From Thermoplasmata archaeon (GTDB lineage: Archaea > Thermoplasmatota > Thermoplasmata > Lutacidiplasmatales > UBA184), in NCBI GenBank assembly GCA_035502035.1, contig DATJUZ010000037.1, positions 136 to 64,135 of the forward strand: a DNA stretch of 64,000 nt, in the 5' to 3' direction. The notes under the pieces were generated by a model that saw only the letters and a program-made list of their open reading frames with translations, was not told the origin of the DNA and made no database searches. Made by a program: the position numbers and the translations under genes. This document shows positions 9,982 to 19,460 of the stretch, piece after piece (position 1 is the first letter of the stretch; the number at the start of each line of letters is the position of its first letter).

Positions 9982-10076
9982 GGTCCGTCCCCGGCGCGCG
10001 CACGGCGGGCCGGCTCAAGAGGGCTCCGCGGCCCGCTCGCGCGCCTTCCGGCCGTGGGCCGACTAACGTAAGAACC

Positions 10077-11993
10077 GTGGACCCCTGCGCGCGCTGGCGG
10101 TCCCGGTCGCGCCCGATGAACCCGGTCTGGCGGAACAGCTGCGTCCTCGCCATCGTCGTCGTCCTGGTGGGGACGGTCGTCGTCCTGCACGACGACAACA
10201 GCGGCTGCGTGCCCCTCCGTCAGCACAACCCGCTCGTCATCGACCAGTCCGAGATCCCCGACTCGCTCGACCCGGGCGAGACGTTCTCCACCCCGGGGTG
10301 GGCGATCGTCCAGCAGGTCTACCAGGGCCTGATCCAGTACAACGGCTCGAACTCGACGTCGTTCGTCGGGGTCCTGGCGAAGAACTGGAGCGGGTCGCCC
10401 GACGGCCTCCACTGGAACTTCACGCTCCGGTCCGGGGTCCACTTCTCGAACGGCGACCCGTACAACGCCTACGTCCAGTGGTACAGCTTCTATCGCTCGC
10501 TCCTCCTCGAGAGCGGACCGCAGTTCATCCTCGAGCAGAACTTCTACTCGACGGACTTCGACCCCGCCGACCCGCTCAACTATTCGTCCAACGCGACGAA
10601 CGTCTCCGCGAACAACACGACGCTCGTGCACGACCTCAACAGCTGGAACTTCGACGACCCGACCGGCGGGGAGATCGCCCTGATGGAGCGGCCGAACCAG
10701 TCCTTCCAGGTGCTCGGCCCGGACGAGATCGAGCTGAACGTCGGCTACGGCTACCTCGGGCCGTACCCCTACACGTACCTCAACGCGTCGATCTCCGCAC
10801 CGAACTCCTACGCGGTCGACCCGAACGTGGTCGACGCGCACGGGGGGATCGTGATCGGTGAGCCGAACGACTGGATGGCGAGCAACATGGTCGGCACCGG
10901 CCCGTACTACCTTGCCTACTACGACGGGCTCCCGGGCGCCGGTTACACGCTGAAGCCGGACCCGAACTATTGGGGCCGCACGCCCGCCGCGAGCGAGCCG
11001 TGGAACGTCCCGCTCCAGCCGGCGAACGCGACGCTCGAGGTGACGTTCCAGGACTCCGTCGACATCACGACGAACGACCTCGAGAAAGGCTACGTCGCCG
11101 AGGCATCGTTCGCCTACATCGGTCCGTCGACCGTCCACCTGCTCCAGGGCCAGGGATGCCTCGTGGTGCAGTTCCTCCCCACGGTCTTCGGCTCGACGAG
11201 CGGCTCCTGGTGGATCTACCTCAACCAGAACGTGGCGCCGTTCAACAACCTCTCCGTGCGCGAGGCGATCGCGCACGCGATCAACTACCCCCAGATCATC
11301 GCCGAGGCGTTCGGGGGATACGCCATCCGGTGGGTCGGACCGGTGCCGCCAGCGTACCCGTACTACAACCCGGCGAACCTCAGCCCGTACAGCTACGACC
11401 TCGCGCTGGCAAAGCAGGAGATCGCGAACTCCCCGTGCGCCAACGGCGCCTGCTCGGCGCCGATCAAGTACGCCTATCTCGACACCGGGATCGACTGGTT
11501 CGAGACGGCGCAGTTCCTCGCCACCGACCTGAAGGCGATCGGGCTCAACATCATCCCGACCCCGATCTCGCTGGACGAGCTCTACTCCGAGCAGGGCGTC
11601 AACGGTGCCGGGGTCTGCACGACGCTCACGGGCGCCAACGGCGGCCCGTTCCCGATGGGCCAGGAGTTCTACACGTCCGACTACATCTCCCCGGACGACT
11701 GGACGCAGAACGACGCGGTCAACACCGGCAGCGCCAACCTCTGCATGTCGGCCTACAACAACTCGACCGTCAACAACCTCACCTACGAGGCCGCGAGCAC
11801 CTCCAACGCGACGAACCTCACGAGCGACTACACGACGATGACCCAGCTGATGTACGACAACTACACCGACATCTGGCTCGTCGTACCGACCTCGGTCGCG
11901 GTCTACTCGACCCAGCTGCACGGGATCGTGCAGAACCCGATGGGCAGCGCCGAGCCGTTCGTGATCACGGCAAACACGCAGTGGGCGAGCTAG
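10077..11993 (+). CDS. ABC transporter substrate-binding protein, family 5 (oligo/dipeptide OppA/DppA-like), membrane-anchored
   Basis: 638 aa. GTG at 10077 or ATG at 10116. N-terminal anchor VLAIVVVLVGTVVVL. SLDPGETFSTPGWAIVQQVYQGLIQY is typical of SBP_bac_5. Many NxS/T sequons. Confidence 0.85.
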   Translation: MDPCARWRSRSRPMNPVWRNSCVLAIVVVLVGTVVVLHDDNSGCVPLRQHNPLVIDQSEIPDSLDPGETFSTPGWAIVQQVYQGLIQYNGSNSTSFVGVLAKNWSGSPDGLHWNFTLRSGVHFSNGDPYNAYVQWYSFYRSLLLESGPQFILEQNFYSTDFDPADPLNYSSNATNVSANNTTLVHDLNSWNFDDPTGGEIALMERPNQSFQVLGPDEIELNVGYGYLGPYPYTYLNASISAPNSYAVDPNVVDAHGGIVIGEPNDWMASNMVGTGPYYLAYYDGLPGAGYTLKPDPNYWGRTPAASEPWNVPLQPANATLEVTFQDSVDITTNDLEKGYVAEASFAYIGPSTVHLLQGQGCLVVQFLPTVFGSTSGSWWIYLNQNVAPFNNLSVREAIAHAINYPQIIAEAFGGYAIRWVGPVPPAYPYYNPANLSPYSYDLALAKQEIANSPCANGACSAPIKYAYLDTGIDWFETAQFLATDLKAIGLNIIPTPISLDELYSEQGVNGAGVCTTLTGANGGPFPMGQEFYTSDYISPDDWTQNDAVNTGSANLCMSAYNNSTVNNLTYEAASTSNATNLTSDYTTMTQLMYDNYTDIWLVVPTSVAVYSTQLHGIVQNPMGSAEPFVITANTQWAS

Positions 11994-12006
11994 GCCGGCG
12001 CGGGCG

Positions 12007-13194
12007 CTAGGGGGCGGGGGCCGGCGGCTTCGTCGCGCCGGCGCTCTCGAGCAGCGACGCGGGAGGGACGTCCTTCACCTGCTCGGCGAGGTGGCAGGCG
12101 ACGCGCACGCCGGGGACCCCGGGGATCTCGCGGAGCGGGGGGTCCTCGACACGGCACCGGTCCACCGCGAACGGACAGCGCGGGGCGAACCGGCACCCGG
12201 GCGCCGGGTCGATGAGCGACGGGACATCCCCGCCGATGCGGAAGCGACTGCGGCGACGCCGGGGATCCGCGACCGGGACCGCCGCGAGCAGCGCCTTCGT
12301 GTACGGGTGGATCGGGCGCTCGAGGACCTCCCGGACGCCTCCGACCTCGACGATCTGGCCGAGGTACATCACCGCGACCCGGTCGGCGACGTACCGGACC
12401 GCCGCGACGTTGTGCGTGATGAGGAGGTAGGCGACCCCGGTCGTCCGCTGGAGCTCGACCAGCCGGTTGAGGATCTGGGCCTGCACCGCTACGTCCAGCG
12501 CGCTGGTCGGCTCGTCCAGGACGACCAGCTTCGGACGCACGCTGAGCGCGCGGGCGAGCGATAGCCGCTGCCGACCCCCACCGGAGAACTCGTGCGGGTA
12601 CTGGTCGAGGCAGTCGGCCGGCAGGCCGACGGTCGGGAGCAGCTCGCGGACCCGGGCGCGCAGCTCGGCCTTCCCGAGCCGGCGCGGCGGTGCCGTCACC
12701 GGGCCCGCCGCCCCTGGCTCGCCGGCGTCCGGCGCGGGGCCGTCGGTCCGTACGGCTCCGGGGGGCGTGCGCCGTCGCTCCGCGCGTAGGTAGCGGCGTT
12801 CCGCCCGCTCCTGGGCACGGATCGGCTCGCTCACGATCTGCCAGACCTTGAGGCGGGGGTCGAGCGAGCCGACGGGGTCCTGGAAGACGACCTGCACGTT
12901 CCTCCGCCAGAACCGGAGCCGCTCCCCGGCGAGGTCGGCGACGTCCGTCCCCTCGAAGAGCAGCCTCCCGCCGGTCGGCGTGTGGAGCCGGGCGACGAGC
13001 CAGCCGAGGGTCGTCTTGCCGCTGCCCGACTCCCCGATGAGCCCGAGCGTCTCCCCCGGGAGCACGGTGAGCGAGAGGCGGTCGACCGCGTGGATCGCCC
13101 GCCGCGGCCGGCCGCCGAAGAACTCCGTGACCGTCCGCTCGATCGGGAACTGCTTCTCGAGGTTGGCGACCTCGACCAGGGGCGCGCCGCTCAC
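12007..13194 (-). CDS. ABC transporter ATP-binding protein (OppF/DppF-like)
   Basis: GTG at 13194 overlaps the upstream TGA as GTGA (verified). Walker A GESGSGKTT, signature FSGGGRQR, Walker B LVVLDEPTSALD. Confidence 0.9.
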   Translation of the reverse strand: MSGAPLVEVANLEKQFPIERTVTEFFGGRPRRAIHAVDRLSLTVLPGETLGLIGESGSGKTTLGWLVARLHTPTGGRLLFEGTDVADLAGERLRFWRRNVQVVFQDPVGSLDPRLKVWQIVSEPIRAQERAERRYLRAERRRTPPGAVRTDGPAPDAGEPGAAGPVTAPPRRLGKAELRARVRELLPTVGLPADCLDQYPHEFSGGGRQRLSLARALSVRPKLVVLDEPTSALDVAVQAQILNRLVELQRTTGVAYLLITHNVAAVRYVADRVAVMYLGQIVEVGGVREVLERPIHPYTKALLAAVPVADPRRRRSRFRIGGDVPSLIDPAPGCRFAPRCPFAVDRCRVEDPPLREIPGVPGVRVACHLAEQVKDVPPASLLESAGATKPPAPAP

Positions 13195-14333
13195 GGGATC
13201 TGGTCGACCTCCTTCGCGAAGTGGCACGCGCTCGCGTGCGCCGGTCCCGCGCCGTCGACCGCGAGCAGCGCGGGCGGCGGCTCGGCCCGGCAGACGGGCC
13301 GGACGATCGGGCAGCGAGGGTGGAAGCGGCACCCTTCCGGGGGCCGCGACAGGTTCGGGACCGAGCCGGGGATCGACGGGAGCGGGCCGTCCGCCTTGTA
13401 GCGGGTCGGGGCGGCCCGCAGGAGCGCCTTGGTGTACGGGTGGCGGGGACGGTCGAAGACGTCCGTGACCGGGCCGAACTCGATCAGTCGGCCGGCGTAC
13501 ATGACGCCGACCTCGTCCGCGGTCTCGGCGATGACGCCGAGGTCGTGGCTGATGAACAGGATCGAGGTGCGGACCTCCTCGATCAGCTCCTTCATCAGCG
13601 TGAGGACCTGGGCCTGGATCGTCACGTCCAGCGCGCTCGTCGGTTCGTCGGCGATGAGCAGCGCGGGTTTCTCCGAGAGCGCCATGGCGATCATCACGCG
13701 CTGCCGCATCCCGCCGGAGAGCTCGTGGGGGTACAGGCCGAGGATCGTCTCCGGGTCGTTGATCCGCACGAGGCGCAGGTACTCGAGGACCTCTTCGCGG
13801 AGGTCGGAGCGCCGCGCACCGGCCGCCGCGACCGCCCGGCCGGCTGCGCCCCCGGGGACGAGGGGTCGGGCGAGGACCTCACCGGTCGACGGCACCGCCG
13901 GACGGGAGTAGTCGAACGGCGGCGTCTCGCGACGGTCGGCGACCGGGGCGCCGTGCTCGCGCTGGTGCCGGATCCGGACCGCCTCGGCGAGCTGGTCGTA
14001 GACCCGGTACGCCGGGTTGAGCGAGTTCAGCGGCTCCTGGAAGATCATGCTGATGCCGGTGCCCCGCAGGCTCGGCATCTTCCACAGCGGGACCCGGACC
14101 AGGTCGATCCCCCGGAAGACGATGCGGCCGGAGCCGATCGTCGCCGGCGGTTCGGGAAGGAGCCGCGGGATCGCCTGCGCGAGCGTGCTCTTCCCGCAGC
14201 CGGTCTCCCCCACGATCCCGACGACGTGACCGGTCGGGACCTCGAGGGAGACGTCCGAGACCGCGCGGAAGCGGCCGGCGCCGACGACGTAGTCGATGCT
14301 GAGGCCCTCCACGGTCACGGCCGCGTCGGTCAC
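13191..14333 (-). CDS. ABC transporter ATP-binding protein (OppD/DppD-like)
   Basis: GTG at 14333 overlaps the permease stop. Walker A GETGCGKST, signature LSGGMRQR, Walker B LLIADEPTSALD, and a C-terminal CRFHPRCP motif. Confidence 0.9.
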   Translation of the reverse strand: MTDAAVTVEGLSIDYVVGAGRFRAVSDVSLEVPTGHVVGIVGETGCGKSTLAQAIPRLLPEPPATIGSGRIVFRGIDLVRVPLWKMPSLRGTGISMIFQEPLNSLNPAYRVYDQLAEAVRIRHQREHGAPVADRRETPPFDYSRPAVPSTGEVLARPLVPGGAAGRAVAAAGARRSDLREEVLEYLRLVRINDPETILGLYPHELSGGMRQRVMIAMALSEKPALLIADEPTSALDVTIQAQVLTLMKELIEEVRTSILFISHDLGVIAETADEVGVMYAGRLIEFGPVTDVFDRPRHPYTKALLRAAPTRYKADGPLPSIPGSVPNLSRPPEGCRFHPRCPIVRPVCRAEPPPALLAVDGAGPAHASACHFAKEVDQIP

Positions 14334-15322
14334 GCCGGGGCTCCCCCCTCCGCGGTCAGGCTCGGGGCGGGGACGGCCGCCGGGGACCCCTCGTCCCCGG
14401 GCGCGGCGCTCGCCGTCGGCGAGCTCGAGGTCGCGCCGGCGCCGGTTCCGGCGAGGACGCGCCGGCTGCGCGGGTCGAGGACGTCACGGAGTCCGTCGCC
14501 GAGGAGGCTGAACGCGAGGACCGTGACGAAGATCGCCACGCCGGGGCCGAAGACGGTCCACGGGTTCGCGGTGATCAGACCGGCCTGCTGGTAGGTCGCC
14601 ATCATGCTTCCCCACTCCGGCGTGATCGGGTAGTTGACGCCGAGCCCCACGAACCCGATCGTCGACAGGGTGACGAGCACCGTGCCGATGTCGAGTGTGA
14701 AGTAGACGACGACCGGCTCGAGCACGTTCCGCAGGACGTGGCGGAGGACGATCCGCCCCTCCGTCACGCCGGCGGCCCGAGCGGCGGTGACGTACGGCAG
14801 GTGCTTGACCGCGAGCGTCTCGCCCCGGACCAGGCGGACGTAGTACGGCCACCAGGTCAGGAGGACGGCGACGATCAACTGCCAGACCCCCCGTCCGAGG
14901 GAGACGGCGATCGCGAGCGCGAGGATGAGGCTCGGGAACGACAGGAAGATGTCGGTGATGCGCAGGATCGCGACCGAGCAGGCCCCGCCGACCGTCCCGG
15001 GCCGGTCCCAGAAGCCGGCGACGAGCCCGAGCGCGCCGCCGGCGAACATCGCCACACCGGCGATCGCGAAGGCGATAGCGAGGTCGAACGGCAGCGCGTA
15101 GAGCACCTCGGCGAAGATGTCGAGCCCGCCGGCGTCCGTCCCGAACGGGTGCCGGAACGACGGCGGCTGGGCGTAGGCGTTCGTCGGGACGTCGCTGCCG
15201 TACGGGGTGAGCACGTGCGGGGCGACCGTGATGAGCAGCGCGGTGAGCCCGATCAGGACCACCAGGACGAAGCCGGCGAGGGTCAGCGGGTTCGCGCGAA
15301 GGACCCTCAGGAACGTCCGCAC
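14330..15322 (-). CDS. ABC transporter permease (OppC/DppC-like)
   Basis: 330 aa with GTG at 15322. Multi-TM with a BPD_transp_1-like core (LITDIFLSFPSLILALAIAV). Has a Gly/Ala/Pro-rich C-terminal tail. Confidence 0.85.
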   Translation of the reverse strand: MRTFLRVLRANPLTLAGFVLVVLIGLTALLITVAPHVLTPYGSDVPTNAYAQPPSFRHPFGTDAGGLDIFAEVLYALPFDLAIAFAIAGVAMFAGGALGLVAGFWDRPGTVGGACSVAILRITDIFLSFPSLILALAIAVSLGRGVWQLIVAVLLTWWPYYVRLVRGETLAVKHLPYVTAARAAGVTEGRIVLRHVLRNVLEPVVVYFTLDIGTVLVTLSTIGFVGLGVNYPITPEWGSMMATYQQAGLITANPWTVFGPGVAIFVTVLAFSLLGDGLRDVLDPRSRRVLAGTGAGATSSSPTASAAPGDEGSPAAVPAPSLTAEGGAPA

Positions 15323-15380
15323 CGCCCGGCCGGCGTCGACGACCCGCGACGCCGCGGCCCCGGGGACGGCGGACGTCGTC

Positions 15381-16406
15381 CTACCTCCAGTCGACGCGCG
15401 GGTCGAGGACCCCGTAGAGGATGTCGGCGATGAGGTTCGCGACGACCACGCCGACGGCGAACACCGCCACGACGGCCACCGCCCCGTCGAAGTTCGGCGC
15501 GTTCCCTCCGCCCCCGATCGCCGTGTAGGCGTAGGCGCCGATCCCCGGCCAGCCGAAGACCTCCTCGACGACGACGGTGCCGGCCAGCAGCCCTCCGGCG
15601 GTGACCCCGAGGACGGTCGTGGTCGTGATCAGCGCGTTGCGCAGCGCGTGCTTGTACAGGACCCAGAACTCGCTCAGCCCCTTCATCCGCGCCGACTTCA
15701 CGTAGTCGAGCGGCAGGACCTCGAGCATCGACGCCCGCGTCATCCGCGTCGCGATCCCCATGTTGATGAACGCGAGCGTCGCCGCCGGGAGGACGAGGTG
15801 CGCGAGCGCGTCCAGGACGTACGGTCCGTTGAGGGCGAGGAGCGCGTCCAGCACCGACAGGTGGGTGTACTGGGGGAACGGCGGCGGGTTGTTCGTGAAC
15901 TCCCCGTGGGACGGGAGCCCGAGATAGGGGGCGACGAAGATCGCGGCGATCACCGCGCCGAGGTAGGTCGGGGTCGCCCAGCCGCTCAGGTAGAAGACCC
16001 GCACGAGGTGGTCGGCCCACCGGCCGGCCGACTGGGCGGCGATCACCCCGAGGGGGATCCCGATGACGATCATCAGGAACAGCGAGGCGAGGACGAGCTC
16101 GAGCGTCGCGGGCAGCCCGTCGGCGATCGCCGGATAGACCGCCACCCCGCCGACCGAGGCGCCCCAGTCCCCGTGGAGCAGGTTGGAGAGGTAGGTCGCG
16201 TACTGCTCGGGCAGCGGGCGCGAGAACTGGCGCTGGCAGTTGGCGAGCGTCGTCGGGTCGGCGTGCGGGAACCACTGGTTGCACGGGTTGACGACGGAGA
16301 GGTGGGTGAAGACGAACGTCAGGATCGTGATCCCGAGGAGCACCGGGACGAGCTGGAGGAGGCGCTTGCCGACAAAGATCGCGAGATCGCTCGGACTGCG
16401 TCCCAA
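15381..16406 (-). CDS. ABC transporter permease (OppB/DppB-like)
   Basis: 341 aa with TTG at 16406 and GGAGG 9 nt upstream. N-terminus KRLLQLVPVLLGITILTFVF is typical of OppB. Confidence 0.85.
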   Translation of the reverse strand: MGRSPSDLAIFVGKRLLQLVPVLLGITILTFVFTHLSVVNPCNQWFPHADPTTLANCQRQFSRPLPEQYATYLSNLLHGDWGASVGGVAVYPAIADGLPATLELVLASLFLMIVIGIPLGVIAAQSAGRWADHLVRVFYLSGWATPTYLGAVIAAIFVAPYLGLPSHGEFTNNPPPFPQYTHLSVLDALLALNGPYVLDALAHLVLPAATLAFINMGIATRMTRASMLEVLPLDYVKSARMKGLSEFWVLYKHALRNALITTTTVLGVTAGGLLAGTVVVEEVFGWPGIGAYAYTAIGGGGNAPNFDGAVAVVAVFAVGVVVANLIADILYGVLDPRVDWR

Positions 16407-16496
16407 CCCCCGTTCCTCCCGTCGGGGGGCCGGCCCGGGCCGACCCTGGCGGGTGCGCTACGGCCGGTGGGATATTAACGAAGGCGCGCCGCCCCG

Positions 16497-18059
16497 CTAC
16501 GGCAGGTAGTCGCGCGGGAGCGTCCGCAGCTCGCGGAACGTCTCCGTCGCGGTCTGGACGAACCGCTCGATCTCCTTGTCGGAGTGGGCGCTCGAGAAGG
16601 TGATCCGCTCGTAGTTGTCCGGGTGGATGTAGATCCCCCGGTCCAGCAACAGCTGGTGGTGGCGGAGATAGAGGTTCCAATCGATCTGGAGCGCCTCGCG
16701 GTAGTTGACGATCTTCTTGCGGCGCGTGAAGAAGAACTGCAGCATCCCCGGGACCGACTGGACCAGGACGTTGACCTTCGCGTCGCGCGCCGCCTCCTCG
16801 AGGCCCTTCTCGAGCCGCTGCGTGAGGTGGGCGAACTTCCCGTACAGCTCCTCGCCGCCGCGGTGGAGCATCTTGAGGTTCGCGAGCGTCCCGGCCATCG
16901 AAAGGTTGTTCGCGAAATAGGTGCCGCCGAAGCTGATGCGGCCCGGGGCGATCATGTCCATGTACTCCGCCTTGCCGGAGACCGCGGAGACCGGCACCCC
17001 GCCCCCGAGCGCCTTCGCCCAGCAGGAGAGGTCCGGCTCGACGCCGTAGAGCTGCTGAGCTCCGCCGGGCGCGACCCGGAAGCCGGTGAAGACCTCGTCG
17101 AAGATGACGAGCATGTCGTTCTGGTGCGCGACCTCGACCAGACGGCTCAGGAACTCCGGGGCCGGGGGGATCACGCCCGAGTTCGCCATCACCGGCTCGA
17201 GGATCACCGCGGCGAGCCGGTCCCGGTACCGTCGGACCATCCGCTCGAACGCGGTGATCGAGTTGTACGGCGCGACCAGGACGTAGTCGGTGACCCCGGG
17301 CGGGATCCCGGCGGAGTTGGGGAGCGGTCGCGGGTACTCGTCCAGACCCGAGACGACCGGCGGGGCTTCCGCGCTGATCAGCGCGAGGTCGTGCTGGCCG
17401 TGGTAGTGGCCCTCGAACTTGAGGATCGCGTCCTTCCCCGTGACCGCACGGGCGATCCGAATGGCGTTCATCGTCGCGTCGGAACCGTTCGAGCAGAACG
17501 CGACGCGCTGCGCGTTCGGCACGAGCTTCTGGAACAGCTTGGCGACCTCGATCTCGAGGACCGTGGGGCTCGCGAAGTGCAGACCGAAGCCGATCGCCTC
17601 CTGGATCGCCTTGACCTGCTCGCTCGGGGCGTGGCCGTTGATCAGGACCCCGTAGGCGAGGTTGAAGTCGAGGTACTCGTTGTCGTCCTCGTCCCAGATC
17701 CGGGCCCCCTTCCCGCGGGCGATGAACGGCGGCACCGGGTCGTACGAGGCGACGCGGATCACCGAGCTCGACGAGTTCGGGATCCTCTCCTTGCCTTCCG
17801 CGAACAGCTTCGCGCTCTTCTTCAGCTTCGGGACGAGGCGGGCGATCGGTATCGGGAGCGGCGCGGGCTCGGACTCCGGGCTCGGCCCCTCCGCGGGGGC
17901 GTCCTTCTTGGGGGGAGGAGACGCCTCGCCCGGAGCCGGCGCGGGCGGGACGACCTTGGCCGGGTCGACGGTCCCCTCGGCGCTCAGGCGGGGGGCAGGG
18001 CGGGTGCCGGCGACGACCCCCGGCGACGACGGGAGCGGGGCGACTTCGGGGTCCACCAT
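16497..18059 (-). CDS. class-III aminotransferase (GSA-aminomutase-like) with a Pro-rich N-terminal extension of about 105 aa
   Basis: ATG at 18059 (verified). Core motifs ARIWDEDDNEYLDFNLAYGVLINGHAP, FEGHYHGQHD, IFDEVFTGFR. There is no alternative ATG before the catalytic core. Confidence 0.85.
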   Translation of the reverse strand: MVDPEVAPLPSSPGVVAGTRPAPRLSAEGTVDPAKVVPPAPAPGEASPPPKKDAPAEGPSPESEPAPLPIPIARLVPKLKKSAKLFAEGKERIPNSSSSVIRVASYDPVPPFIARGKGARIWDEDDNEYLDFNLAYGVLINGHAPSEQVKAIQEAIGFGLHFASPTVLEIEVAKLFQKLVPNAQRVAFCSNGSDATMNAIRIARAVTGKDAILKFEGHYHGQHDLALISAEAPPVVSGLDEYPRPLPNSAGIPPGVTDYVLVAPYNSITAFERMVRRYRDRLAAVILEPVMANSGVIPPAPEFLSRLVEVAHQNDMLVIFDEVFTGFRVAPGGAQQLYGVEPDLSCWAKALGGGVPVSAVSGKAEYMDMIAPGRISFGGTYFANNLSMAGTLANLKMLHRGGEELYGKFAHLTQRLEKGLEEAARDAKVNVLVQSVPGMLQFFFTRRKKIVNYREALQIDWNLYLRHHQLLLDRGIYIHPDNYERITFSSAHSDKEIERFVQTATETFRELRTLPRDYLP

Positions 18060-18099
18060 GCAGAACGCATCTCCGGCGGGGCGTTCACCTCGGGGTGCG

Positions 18100-18109
18100 T
18101 ATATATAGA
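18100..18109 (-). promoter_or_regulatory. TATA box (TATATATAGA on the plus strand) upstream of aminotransferase 16497..18059
   Basis: It is the strongest AT-only run in the window, about 45 nt upstream of the ATG at 18059. A GGAG lies about 11 nt before that ATG. Confidence 0.5.
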
Positions 18110-18252
18110 TGCGCGGGGCGCGGAAGCGAACTCCTGAGCACGGAACCGCTGTCCGAGTCCGTTCCAATCACTAGGATTCGGCGTTGTTCCCTCTAGTTGG
18201 AGTATGTCTATCGGCTCGATTCGGCGGTTCGACACGCCGCCGGCGCGGTCTC

Positions 18253-19449
18253 CTACGCCGTGGCCCGTGGGATCGGGGAGAGGGCCGGGCCGGGGGGCAC
18301 GATCGTCGTTTCGATCCCACGGCGGGCGAGCTCGCGGCGGAACGGGCCGGCCGGCACGCACCGCTCGGGCGGCACCACCCCGGTTCCCCGGATCTCCCCC
18401 CGGGCGATCATCTCGGCACCGATCGCCCCGACGGTCCCCACGGCGTACTCGGTCGCGGAGAGGTGCCACGCCGGCCACGGGGGAAATCGAGCATAGGCAT
18501 GGTGGATCGCCGGTGCCCCGCCGACCGTCCCTCGGAGCTCGATGTCGAGCACCTCCCAGTCGTCGATCGTCGCGCCCGGAGGGGGGCCGAGCAGCTTCTC
18601 CCGGCGGAGGAGCGCCAGCAGGAACTGCCGCGGCACGACGGCGGTCCCTCCGAGGTCGACCGGGTCCTCCGAGCCGAGCCCGAGCAGGCCCAGGACCCGG
18701 AGCGTCTCGATGCCCGGACCGCCCTCCTTCCACTCGCAGTGCCGGAGCCCTTTCTCCTGGAGCGAGGCGGGGAGCGTCGCGGGTTCGGAGTGAAGGGTCC
18801 GGTAGACGCGCGTCCGGCCCACGGGCGGCGGGAAATCGTGCTCCTCCGCCTCGCTCATCGGGGGACGGTCGCGATAGACGCCGTCCTCGAAGACGACGGC
18901 GGGCCGGACCATCTCGTCCAGGAACGTCGTCGGGGACCAGGTGAACGACAGCTCGGGACCCCCCGTGGCAAGGTCCCTCCAGCCGTCCCGCAGGACGAGC
19001 GCGTCGAGCCGGTCGAACGGCGCCGCCGCGTCCACCGCGAGGACGTTCGAGACCCCGGGCACCTGCCCGAGGCCGGGGACGGCGAGCAGCTTCGCCGCGC
19101 GGAACCGCTCGTCCAGCTCCAGCTGGCGCCGCGTCATGTGGAACAGGCCGCCGAAGTCGAGGTACGGCACGTGCGCCTCGAGCGCTGCGGCCATCCCGTC
19201 CAGGTTGAACGCGTAGGGGGCGGCGTTGACGACGACCGCCGCCCCGCGCAGCAGGGCGGCCGTTCGCGTCCGGTCCCGGATATCCAGGGCGACCGGCCGG
19301 GCCCGGTCGCCGGCATCGCGGCACGCGGCCTCGGCGAGGTCGACGTCGAGATCGGCCGCGACGACCTCGTCGAACGGGCCGTCGGTCGCCAGCTGGCGTA
19401 CCGCGCCGCGCCCGGTCAGGCCGCCGCCGCCGAGGACGACCGCCCGCAC
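18253..19449 (-). CDS. saccharopine dehydrogenase-like NAD(P)-binding oxidoreductase
   Basis: GTG at 19449 (verified), 11 nt after the DUF885 stop, with GGGAG in the spacer. Rossmann motif VVLGGGGLTGRGAV. The overall length of 398 aa and the pattern PGLGQVPGVSN fit the Sacchrp_dh family. Confidence 0.7.
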   Translation of the reverse strand: MRAVVLGGGGLTGRGAVRQLATDGPFDEVVAADLDVDLAEAACRDAGDRARPVALDIRDRTRTAALLRGAAVVVNAAPYAFNLDGMAAALEAHVPYLDFGGLFHMTRRQLELDERFRAAKLLAVPGLGQVPGVSNVLAVDAAAPFDRLDALVLRDGWRDLATGGPELSFTWSPTTFLDEMVRPAVVFEDGVYRDRPPMSEAEEHDFPPPVGRTRVYRTLHSEPATLPASLQEKGLRHCEWKEGGPGIETLRVLGLLGLGSEDPVDLGGTAVVPRQFLLALLRREKLLGPPPGATIDDWEVLDIELRGTVGGAPAIHHAYARFPPWPAWHLSATEYAVGTVGAIGAEMIARGEIRGTGVVPPERCVPAGPFRRELARRGIETTIVPPGPALSPIPRATA

Positions 19450-19460
19450 CCGTCGCTCCC

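Noticed and set aside
8173-10198. 632-aa plus-strand and 576-aa minus-strand ORFs over ALDH paralog 1
   Set aside because: They are shadow frames of 8488..9981, with no motifs and biased composition.
9963-11921. 652-aa minus-strand ORF
   Set aside because: It is antisense to the family-5 substrate-binding protein. It is Val/Arg/Asp/Glu/Gly-rich, as expected from the reverse complement of a GC3-rich gene.
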